Assembly (NCBI GenBank): GCA_002269645.1
Contig: NIVC01004658.1
Span: 1-39,082 of the forward strand
Origin: Macrostomum lignano
Taxonomy: Eukaryota
DNA: 39,082 bases
Reading direction: 5' to 3'
Under the pieces are notes generated by a model. The model was not told the origin of the DNA, searched no databases, and saw nothing but the letters and a program-made list of their open reading frames with translations. The translations under genes were made by a program, and so were the position numbers. Position 1 is the stretch's first letter, and every line of letters begins with the position of its first letter. Below, piece after piece: positions 21,751 to 32,823 of the stretch.

Positions 21751-24700
21751 ATGTCGACGGTGCCCGCCGGTGTCCGGCGCCTCTCCGAGAACTTCAACGC
21801 CGCTCTGTCGGAGCGCAACGTAGACAAGGCGCAGCGCCTGGCAGCGGAGCTCGCCAACTCCCGGCTGTTCAGCCTGCGCGCCTACGCTGAACCCGAGGGC
21901 GCCGCGACCTCCTCCGGTGGCGCCCTGCCTGAGGAGAGCCTGCTGGTGTCGCTGACGCTGCAGGCTGGTGGCTCTCGCTCCTGCGGCCCGCTGCGCCTCG
22001 TCATGCCGCGGACCGCCTGCATCGCCGACCTGAAGGACGAGACGCTGTTGGTTTTCGGCCTGCCGCCCGCGATTCAGCGGTGCATGGCTGATGGCCAGCT
22101 GCTGGGCAATGAGAGGATTTTTGATGAGCTCACCAAGACTAAGGAGCTCAAGGTTGGGGACTGCGGAACTGCTAAAGCTGACTGATCCCATGATGATGCT
22201 GGCTGTGTGATCCCATGATGATGCTGGCTGTGTGATCCCATGATGATGCTGGCTGTGTGATCCCATGATGATGCTGGCTGTGTGATCCCATGATGATGCT
22301 GGCTGTGTGATCCCATGATGATGCTGGCTGTGTGATCCCATGATGATGCTGATGTGTGATCTCATGATGATGCTGGTGTGTGTGATCCCATGATGATGCT
22401 GATGTGTATGATCCCATGATGATGCTGTTGTGTTTGATCTCATGATGATGCTCAGTGTGTGATCCCATGATGCTCAGTATGCGATCCCATGATGATGCTG
22501 AGTGTTTGTCCTCAAAGTGGACCTGGAGCATGCCAAATCTGTTTATTCCCCAATCTCTCAGGTGCTGACCTACCTGGTTACATCGAATCCTGAGCACTGG
22601 CCACCAAAGAAGGATCATCTTGAGCAGCTGAAGGCGGCTGTACGGGCCGAGCGGGACCGGCAGGTCATCCGCCGGGAGGATTCCGAATACGATGAAGGCT
22701 CTGCAGGATCTGTAGGGCCGTCGCAGCCGCAGCAGCCTGAGGTTGAAGAAGAAGTGAGTGACTCAAATAGCTCACTTCATTAAATCTCAGAATTCACATC
22801 CTTTGATGTGTGCCGCCATCTCGATTTGCATCCTTTGATGTGTGCCGCCATCTCGATTTGCATCCTTTGATGTGTGCCGCTATCTCGATTTGCATCCTTT
22901 GATGTGTGCCGCCATCTCGATTTGCATCCTTTGATGTGTGCCGCTATCTCGATTTGCATCCTTTGATGTGTGCCGCCATCTCGATTTGCATCCTTTGATG
23001 TGTGCCGCTATCTCGATTTGCATCCTTTGATGTGTGCTGCCATTTCGATTTGTATCCTTTGATGTGTGCCGCCATCTCGATTTGCATCCTTTGATGTGTG
23101 CCGCCATCTCGATTTGCATCCTTTGATGTGTGCCGCTATCTCGATTTGCATCCTTTGATGTGTGCCGCCATCTCGATTTGCATCCTTTGATGTGTGCCGC
23201 TATCTCGATTTGCATCCTTTGATGTGTGCCGCCATCTCGATTTGCATCCTTTGATGTGTGCCGCTATCTCGATTTGCATCCTTTGATGTGTGCCGCCATC
23301 TCGATTTGCATCCTTTGATGTGTGCCGCCATCTCGATTTGCATCCTTTGATGTGTGCCGCCATCTCGATTTGCATCCTTTGATTTGTGCCGCCATCTCGA
23401 TTTGCATCCTTTGATGCATGTCACCATTCAGGATTCTTTGATGTGGACCGCCACTTAAGATCCTTTGATCTGTGCCGCCATTTTAGAAGAATCATTTGTT
23501 GTGTGCCGCCATTTTAGAATCCTTTAATGTGTGCACCATTTCAGAATCATTTGATGTGTGCCGCCATTTCAGAATCCTTTAATGTGTGCCATCATCTCAG
23601 AATTCGCATCCTTTAATGTGTCACGTTACCGTCGCCTTCTCCGCCCTCTCCGCCCCCGCAGCCAGGCTGGAGCTGTCCCAAGTGCACCTTCCGCAACGAG
23701 CCGGTGCGGCCCGGCTGCCAGATGTGCGGTGGGGCGCGGCCGCCCGACTACGAGGTGCCGGCGGAGCTGCAGGCAGAAGAGGAGCAGCGGCAGCTGAAGC
23801 TGCACGGCGAATTTCTTAAATTCGTGAGTTGCGAGTCCCTGCTTTGTCTTAATGTTCTATGGGCTGATTTCTTGCTGCATGTGAACAATTGTAGGCCGGG
23901 GCAAGGGTAGAATAGCTGGGGCAGGGGTAGAATAGCTGTGGCAGGGGTAGAATAGCTGTGGCAGGGGTAGATTAGCTGGGGCAGGGGTAGAATAGCTGGG
24001 GCAGGGGTAGAATAGCTGTGGCAGGGGTAGATTAGCTGTGGCAGGGGTAGATTAGCTGTGGCTGGGTAGAATAGCTGTGGCAGCGGTAGATTAGCTGGGG
24101 CAGGGGTAGATTAGCTGTGGCAGGGGTAGATTAGCTGTGGCTGGGGTAGATTAGCTGTGGCTGGGGTAGATTAGCTGTGGCAGGGGTAGAATAGCTGTGG
24201 CAGCGGTAGATTAGCTGGGGCAGGGGTAGATTAGCTGTGGCAGGGGTAGATTAGCTGTGGCTGGGGTAGATTAGCTGTGGCAGGGGTAGAATAGCTGTGG
24301 CTGGGGTAGATTAGCTGTGGCTGGGGTAGATTAGCTGTGGCTGGGGTAGATTAGCTGTGGCAGGGGTAGAATAGCTGTGGCAGCGGTAGATTAGCTGGGG
24401 CAGGGGTAGATTAGCTGTGGCAGGGGTAGATTAGCTGTGGCAGGGGTAGATTAGCTGTGGCAGGGGTAGAATAGCTGTGGCAGCGGTAGATTAGCTGGGG
24501 CAGGGGTAGATTAGCTGGGGCAGGGGTAGATTAGCTGTGGCAGGGGTAGATTAGCTGTGGCAGGGGTAGATTAGCTGTGGCAGGGGTAGATTAGCTGTGG
24601 CAGGGGTAGATTAGCTGTGGCAGGGGTAGAATAGCTGGGGCAGGGTTAGATTACCTGGGGCAGGGGTAGTGACCCAAGCAGCCAATCAGAAGCCTGAAAA

Positions 24701-27700
24701 GCTAGATTGCCAGCCAATCAGCGATCGAGCTCCGCGACTAAGCTGAGAGCCGAGCGGCAGAACTGCACTGTTTTGTACATGCGCTTTTAAAAAGTGGAAA
24801 TGTTTTGTTAAGCAAGGCAAATGCGGGGCCAAGTCAGACCAGCGCAACCGATCCCACAGAGAGCTACATTGAGACACCGGGCTCTGAGGAACCCGATGAC
24901 CGCCGCCGCCGCGGATTCCAGCAGCAGCGACTCGGATGATGAAGAGAACAAGGCGGATGAACCTAGCGAAGCTGCTGATCCATAGTGTTCCACTACCTCA
25001 TTGGAATCTTATTGAACTTCTTTTACATTTGGCATTGTGATAGCACTGTGACAATATGCCCTAAGATGCGTTCCGATTCCCTGTCACCGGTGTACTGATA
25101 TCTGAGATCACCTGTTCACCCGTATCTTAATATCTGAGATCACCTGTTCACCGGTATCTTAATATCTGAGATCACCTGTTCACCGGTATCTTAATATCTG
25201 AGATCACCTGTCACTGGTGTCCTAATATCTGAGCTCACCTGTTCACAGGTGTCCTGATATCTGAGATCACCTGTTCACCGGTATCCTAATATCTGAGATC
25301 ACCTGTTCACCGGTATCCTAATATCTGAGATCACCTGTTCACAGGTGTCCTGATATCTGCGATCACGTGTTCACAGGTGTCCTGATATCTGCGATCACGT
25401 GTTCACAGGTGTCCTGATATCTGAGATCACCTGTCACCGGTGTCCTGATAGCGCTAAGATTCCCTGTTTCTGGAAATCAGCTTCTGTAAATCGTGTACAC
25501 TATTTCTCGAATCTTTTATTTACTATTATCTCTTATCATTTTCTTTGCTTGCCATGCGGTTATCCAGTGTTTTTATTTCTTTCCAAAGTGGATATTGTCC
25601 CCACTTGGCCAATAGCTGCCTAATTTCCTAGCAAAAATTTTAGACACGTTTGATAATCCGTGAAATATAAAACAGATTTTTTGGTCAAAGAGATTTTTCT
25701 CTCAAGAAATACCTAATACGAAACCTCTGCTATTCTTCACAGGCATTAATTTATTGTTTGACAATGAACGGCTGACTGCACGGATCCAGGCAGGCTGGCT
25801 GACTTCTCAAATTTGCCTTTATCGGTTGGACTGATGATGTGAATTTCCAATATTGCACCGTTACCAGGAATCTTGCTGATTGACCTCTCGGAATACGCTC
25901 GGAGCGACTTTCCAGAGACACAGTGACGGAGTGACTTTCCAGGGACACAGTGACGGAGCGACTTTCCAGAGACACAGTGACGAAGTGACTTTCCAGAGAC
26001 ACAGTGACAAGAGTGACTTTCCAGAAACACAGTGAGGGAGTGACTTTCCAGGGACACAGTGACAAGAGTGAATTTCCAGGGACACAGTGACGGAGTGACT
26101 TTCCAGGGACACAGTGACGGAGTGACTTTCCAGAGACACAGTGACGAAGTGACTTTCCAGGAACACAGTGACAAGAGTGAATTTCCAGGGACACAGTGAC
26201 CGCTATTTAAATGCCGAAAGTGTGCCTGAAGGGCAGGAAAGACTGGAAGCCCGCTGGCTTAGTTTACATTAATGCGGCACTGGGGTTGGGCCTAAAGTAC
26301 ACCTGCAGGCAGTCGCACGGTGGGAAGCCGGAATCCTCATCAATCAGAATTGCCCCCCCCCCCTGTTGCGCAATCTGCAGACCGAGCGGGAGCGCGAGCG
26401 CAACTTCCGCGAGCTCATGAACCTGACGCAGGGCTCGCTGATCCCCGTGCCGGCGCAGCAGGGCTTCGAGTGCCCGATCTGCCTCTGCGACGTTGGCGGC
26501 GACGATGACGACGGCGACGGCATCCGGGGCCTGCGGCTGCGCGAGTGCGGCCACGAGGTCTGCGAGAACTGCCTGAGGGACCACGCGCTCAACTCCGACC
26601 GGCTGCCCGTCATCTGCCCGTGCGAGCCGTGCCAGCAGACTGTCACCGAGGCCGAGCTCAAGGAGCTGCTCACCGATGAGCAGCTGGCCAGGCTGCAGCG
26701 GCTGGGGCTCCGCCAGGCCGAGGCCGTCATCACCAACGCCTTCCACTGCGTGACGCCAAACTGCGAGGCATTCGTTGAACTGGTGGACAATGTTAACGAG
26801 TTTGAGTGCGAGGTGTGCCAGGAGCACAACTGCGTCACCTGCAGGGCCTCCCACAAGGACCTCACCTGCCAGCAATACCAGGACGACCTGCGCAGGCGCG
26901 CTGAGAACGACGAGAATGCCAAGCTGGGACTGCAGAAACTGGAGGTGAGTGATTGAGTGACACCTTGGCTGATTGAGTGACACCTTGGCTGATTGAGTGA
27001 CACCTTGGCTGATTGAGTGACACTATTGGCTGATTGAGTGACACTATTGGCTGATTGAGTGACACCCTTGGCTGATTGAGTGACACCTTGGCTGATTGAG
27101 TGACACCCTTGGCTGATTGAGTGACACCCTTGGCTGATTGAGTGACACCCTTGGCTGATTGAGTGACAGCCTTGGCTGATTGAGTGACACCCTTGGCTGA
27201 TTGAGTGACACTGACTGATTGAGTGACACCTTGGCTGATTGAGTGACACCTTGGCTGATTGAGTGACACTATTGGCTGATTGAGTGACAGCCTTGGCTGA
27301 TTGAGTGACACCTTGGCTGATTGAGTGACAGCCTTGGCTGATTGAGTGACACCCTTGGCTGATTGAGTGACACTGACTGATTGAGTGACACCTTGGCTGA
27401 TTGAGTGACACCTTGGCTGATTGAGTGACACTATTGGCTGATTGAGTGACAGCCTTGGCTGATTGAGTGACACCTTGGCTGATTGAGTGACAGCCTTGGC
27501 TGATTGAGTGACACCCTTGGCTGATTGAGTGACACTGACTGATTGAGTGACACCTTGGCTGATTGAGTGACACCTTGGCTGATTGAGTGACACTATTGGC
27601 TGATTGGGTGACAGCCTTGCCTGATTGAGTGACACCTTGGCTGATTGAGTGACACCCATGACTGATTGAGTGACACTGACTGATTGAGTGACACCATGTG

Positions 27701-27989
27701 TAAAGTTTATAGGATAGCAGACTAACTGCAACTGGTTTCCCACTGTCACTCCCGAATCGTGCAGGACATGCTGCAGTCCGGAGAGGCCAAGAAGTGCCCC
27801 AAATGCCAGGTGTTTCTCTCCAAGCGCGAAGGCTGCGACTGGCTGATGTGCTCCGTGTGCCGCACCGAGATCTGCTGGGCCACCCGCGGCCCGCGCTGGG
27901 GACCCGGCGGCCAGGGTGACACCTCTGGCGGCTGCCGCTGCCGGGTGAACAACAAGAAGTGCCACCCGAACTGCATGAACTGCCATTAG
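21751..27989 (+). CDS. RBCK1: HOIL-1L / RBCK1 RBR E3 ubiquitin ligase, 514 aa, 5 exons
   Basis: Exons 21751-22152, 22562-22753, 23662-23823, 26381-26944, 27765-27989, all phase 0 with GT-AG. LTM plus UBL; [24 protein letters not shown]...PPDYEVP; RING1 CPIC...[12 protein letters not shown]; [11 protein letters not shown]...VNEFECEVC; RING2 CPKC...[53 protein letters not shown]-stop, the diagnostic HOIL-1L C-terminus. Confidence 0.96.
22183..22502. repeat. 25-bp minisatellite (TGTGATCCCATGATGATGCTGGCTG), about 13 copies, intron 22153-22561
   Basis: Tandem units seen directly. Confidence 0.95.
22795..23620. repeat. 32-bp minisatellite (CATCCTTTGATGTGTGCCGCCATCTCGATTTG), about 20 near-perfect copies plus degenerate 3' copies, intron 22754-23661
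   Basis: Tandem units seen directly. Confidence 0.96.
23895..24670. repeat. 20-bp G-rich minisatellite (GGCAGGGGTAGATTAGCTGT), about 38 copies
   Basis: Tandem units seen directly, in HOIL-1 intron 23824-26380. Confidence 0.96.
25095..25445. repeat. 32-bp minisatellite (ATATCTGAGATCACCTGTTCACCGGTATCTTA), about 11 copies
   Basis: Tandem units seen directly. Confidence 0.93.
25903..26200. repeat. 27-bp minisatellite (GACTTTCCAGGGACACAGTGACGGAGT), about 11 copies
   Basis: Tandem units seen directly. Confidence 0.93.
26951..27695. repeat. 20-21-bp minisatellite (GATTGAGTGACACCTTGGCT), about 36 copies, intron 26945-27764
   Basis: Tandem units seen directly; starts immediately after GTGAGT donor. 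Confidence 0.96.
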
Positions 27990-30900
27990 ACATAGGGAGC
28001 TGCCATTAGACACTGGGAGCTGCCGTTAGGCACTGGGGAGCTGCCATTAGACACTGGGAGCTGCCATTAGACACTGGGAGCTGCCATTAGACACTGGGAG
28101 CTGCCATTAGACACTGGGAAGCTGCCATTAGACACTGGGAAGCTGTCATTAGACACTGGGGAGCTGCCATTAGACACTGGGGAGCTGGTATTAGACACTG
28201 GGGAGCTGCCATTAGACACTGGGGAGCTGCCATTAGACACTGGGGAGCTGTCATTAGACACTGGGGAGCTGCCATTAGACACAGGGGAGCTGCCATTAGG
28301 CACTGGGAGCTGCCATTAGACACTGGGGAGCTGCCATTAGACACTGGGGAGCTGCCATTAGGCACTGGGAGCTGCCATTAGACACTGGGGAGCTGATATT
28401 AGACACTGGGGAGCTGCCATTAGACACTGGGGATCTGCCATTAGGCACTGGGAGCTGCCATTAGACACTGGGAGCTGCCATTAGACACTGGGAGCTGGTA
28501 TTAGACACTGGGAGCTGCCATTAGACACTGGGAGCTGGTATTAGACACTGGGGAGCTGCCATTAGACACTGGGGAGCTGCCATTAGACACTGGGAGCTGG
28601 TATTAGACACTGGGAGCTGCCATTAGACACTGGGGAGCTGCCATTAGGCACTGGGAAGCTGCCATTAGGCACTGGGGAGCTGCCATTAGACACTGGGGAG
28701 CTGCCATTAGGCACTGGGAGCTGCCATTAGACACTGGGAGCTGCCATTAGACACTGGGAGCTGCCATTAGACACTGGGAGCTGGTATTAGACACTGGGAG
28801 CTGGTATTAGACACTGGGAGCTGCCATTAGACACAGGGAAGCTGTCATTAGACACTTGGAAGCTGCCATTAGGCACTGGGGAGCTGCCATTAGACACAGG
28901 GAGCTGCCATTAGACACTGAGAGCTGTCATTAGACACTGGGGAGCTGCCATTAGACACTGGGGAGCTGCCATTAGACACAGGGAGCTGCCATTAGACACT
29001 GGGAGCTGCCATTAGACACTGGGAGCTGCCATTAGACACTGGGAGCTGGTATTAGACACTGGGGAGCTGCCATTAGACACTGGGGAGCTGCCATTAGACA
29101 CTGGGAGCTGCCATTAGACACTGGGAGCTGCCATTAGACACTGGGAGCTGCCATTAGACACTGGGAGCTGGTATTAGACACTGGGAGCTGGTATTAGACA
29201 CTGGGAGCTGGTATTAGACACTGGGAGCTGCCATTAGACACTGGAAGCTGCCATTAGACACTGGGGAGCTGCCATTAGACACTGGGGCTGCCATTAGACA
29301 CTGGGAGCTGCCATTAGACACTGGGAGCTGCCATTAGACACTGGGAGCTGCCATTAGACACTGGGAGCTGGTATTAGACACTGGGAGCTGGTATTAGACA
29401 CTGGGAGCTGCCATTAGACACAGGGAAGCTGTCATTAGACACTTGGAAGCTGCCATTAGGCACTGGGGAGCTGCCATTAGACACAGGGAGCTGCCATTAG
29501 ACACTGAGAGCTGTCATTAGACACTGGGGAGCTGCCATTAGACACTGGGAGCTGCCATTAGACACAGGGAGCTGCCATTAGACACTGGAAGCTGCCATTA
29601 GACACAGGGAGCTGCCATTAGACACTGAGAGCTGTCATTAGACACTGGGGAGCTGCCATTAGACACTGGGGAGCTGCCATTAGACACAGGGAGCTGCCAT
29701 TAGACACAGGGAGCTGCCATTAGACACAGGGAGCTGCCATTAGACATAGGGAGCTGCCATTAGACACTGGGGAGCTGCCATTAGACACAGGGAGCTGCCA
29801 TTAGACACTGGGAGCTGCCATTAGACACAGGGAGCTGCCATTAGACACTGGAGCTGCCATTAGACACTTGGAAGCTGCCATTAGGCACTGGGGAGCTGCC
29901 ATTAGACACAGGGAGCTGCCATTAGACACTGAGAGCTGTCATTAGACACTGGGGAGCTGCCATTAGACACAGGGAGCTGCCATTAGACACAGGGAGCTGC
30001 CATTAGACACTGGGAGCTGCCATTAGACACTGGGAGCTGCCATTAGACACTGGGAGCTGGTATTAGACACTGGGGAGCTGCCATTAGACACTGGGGAGCT
30101 GCCATTAGACACTGGGGAGCTGCCATTAGACACTGGGAGCTGCCATTAGACACTGGGAGCTGCCATTAGACACTGGGAGCTGCCATTAGACACTGGGAGC
30201 TGGTATTAGACACTGGGAGCTGGTATTAGACACTGGGAGCTGGTATTAGACACTGGGAGCTGCCATTAGACACTGGGAGCTGGTATTAGACACTGGGGAG
30301 CTGCCATTAGACACTGGGGAGCTGCCATTAGACACTGGGAGCTGCCATTAGACACTGGGAGCTGCCATTAGACACTGGGAGCTGCCATTAGACACTGGGA
30401 GCTGGTATTAGACACTGGGAGCTGGTATTAGACACTGGGAGCTGCCATTAGACACAGGGAAGCTGTCATTAGACACTTGGAAGCTGCCATTAGGCACTGG
30501 GGAGCTGCCATTAGACACAGGGAGCTGCCATTAGACACTGAGAGCTGTCATTAGACACTGGGGAGCTGCCATTAGACACTGGGAGCTGCCATTAGACACA
30601 GGGAGCTGCCATTAGACACTGGAAGCTGCCATTAGACACAGGGAGCTGCCATTAGACACTGAGAGCTGTCATTAGACACTGGGGAGCTGCCATTAGACAC
30701 TGGGGAGCTGCCATTAGACACAGGGAGCTGCCATTAGACACAGGGAGCTGCCATTAGACACAGGGAGCTGCCATTAGACATAGGGAGCTGCCATTAGACA
30801 CAGGGAGCTGCCATTAGACACAGGGAGCTGCCATTAGACACTGGGAGCTGCCATTAGACACTGGGAGCTGCCATTAGACACTGGGAGCTGCCATTAGACA

Positions 30901-31168
30901 CTGGGGAGCTGCCATTAGACACTGGGGAGCTGCCATTAGACACAGGGAGCTGCCATTAGACACTGGGAGCTGCCATTAGACACTGGGAGCTGCCATTAGA
31001 CACTGGGAGCTGCCATTAGACACTGGGGAGCTGCCATTAGACACTGGGGAGCTGCCATTAGACATAGGGAGCTGCCATTAGGCACTGGGGAGCTGCCGTT
31101 AGGCACTGGGGAGCTGCCATTAGACACTGGGAGCTGCCATTAGACACTGGGGAGCTGGTATTAGACAG
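27980..31168. repeat. About 3.2-kb 20-21-bp minisatellite (CTGCCATTAGACACTGGGAG) with higher-order blocks, starting at the HOIL-1 stop codon
   Basis: About 155 tandem units seen directly. Confidence 0.97.
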
Positions 31169-31689
31169 AGGTGCAAAATGATATCTGATTGGCTCGGTTG
31201 CCTGGATTCATTGCTATAAATTAAAAAGTGCCACAAATTTCATCACTTATTCAGATTTCTATTTGGTTATTACATCTCTGTTTTCTCTTAGAAGCAGGGC
31301 TGCTTGTCGGTATTTACTCGTATTTAGCTGCCGTCGTCACCCTGTTTTCTCCAGTTGCTTTGCTAGCTTTACTAATAGCAAAAAAATTGTTCACGGATAA
31401 TTATGAAATTAGTTTTTCTGTATTCTCTTCTTTCCAATTTCAATTTTGTCTGTTTTCAAACCACCTGATTTATGTATTCAGAAGTTGATAATTGAGTATC
31501 AACTCTTGACACATCTCGTGTGAAATCAGCGTCTGCTTTCACTGGTTTTTTGATTCAAATACAAATTTGTGCTGCAAAGATTTTATACTATTAACATCTG
31601 ACGTGTACATTAAAGGTGACATATACCTCAGAACTTCAAATATGAAACAGGTAAATCTCCGTGGAAACTTCCTGTGTACACTGTAGATT

Positions 31690-32680
31690 CAGTCTATAGT
31701 CTATATCGGTGAGGTCAGAGCTGCCATGCCAATGTACATTCCCTGTGTACAGTCTATAGTCTATATCGGTGAGTTCAGAGCTGATATGTCAATGTACATT
31801 CCCTGTGTACAGTCTATAGTCTATATCGGTGAGGTCAGAGCTGCTATGCCAATGTACATTCCCTGTGTACAGTCTATAGTCTATATCGGTGAGTTCAGAG
31901 CTGATATGCCAATGTACATTCCCTGTGTACAGTCTATAGTCTATATCGGTGAGGTCAGAGCTGCTATGCCAATGTACATTCCCTGTGTACAGTCTATAGT
32001 CTATATCGGTGAGTTCAGAGCTGATATGCCTATGTACATTCCCTGTGTACAGTCTATAGTCTATATCGGTGAGGTGAGAGCTGATATGCCAATGTACATT
32101 CCCTGTGTACAGTCTATAGTCTATATCGGTGAGGTCAGAGCTGATATGCCAATGTACATTCCCTGTGTACAGTCTATAGTCTATATCGGTGAGTTCAGAG
32201 CTGCTATGCCAATGTACATTCCCTGTGTACAGTCTATAGTCTATATCGGTGAGGTGAGAGCTGATATGCCAATGTACATTCCCTGTGTACAGTCTATAGT
32301 CTATATCGGTGAGGTCAGAGCTGCTATGCCAATGTACATTCCCTGTGTACAGTCTATAGTCTATATCGGTGAGGTGAGAGCTGATATGCCAATGTACATT
32401 CCCTGTGTACAGTCTATAGTCTATATCGGTGAGGTCAGAGCTGATATGCCAATGTACATTCCCTGTGTACAGTCTATAGTCTATATCGGTGAGGTCAGAG
32501 CTGCTATGCCAATGTACATTCCCTGTGTACAGTCTATAGTCTATATCGGTGAGGTCAGAGCTGCTATGCCAATGTACATTCCCTGTGTACAGTCTATAGT
32601 CTATATCGGTGAGGTCAGAGCTGATATGCCAATGTACATTCCCTGTGTACAGTCTATAGTCTATATCGGTGAGGTGAGGT
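31690..32680. repeat. 60-bp minisatellite (CAGTCTATAGTCTATATCGGTGAGGTCAGAGCTGCTATGCCAATGTACATTCCCTGTGTA), about 16 copies
   Basis: Exact 60-bp period visible as column-aligned lines. Confidence 0.97.
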
Positions 32681-32823
32681 GAGGACAGTGAGAGACATCG
32701 TTTGTGAAAACAATTAAAACGATCAGCAGAAGTTTACCAAAAGTATATAATTAATCCCCCAATATATATTTACTGAGAAGTGAGGGGCGGTGGCTGAAAA
32801 CCAGTCTTTAATTATCGAAGCAG

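Noticed and set aside
21270-28365. Many long repetitive ORFs (e.g. 26344-27993, 26862-28013, 21724-22443, 22880-23427, 25746-26194, 28067-28365)
   Set aside because: Antisense or off-frame readings of minisatellites and of the real RBCK1 exons
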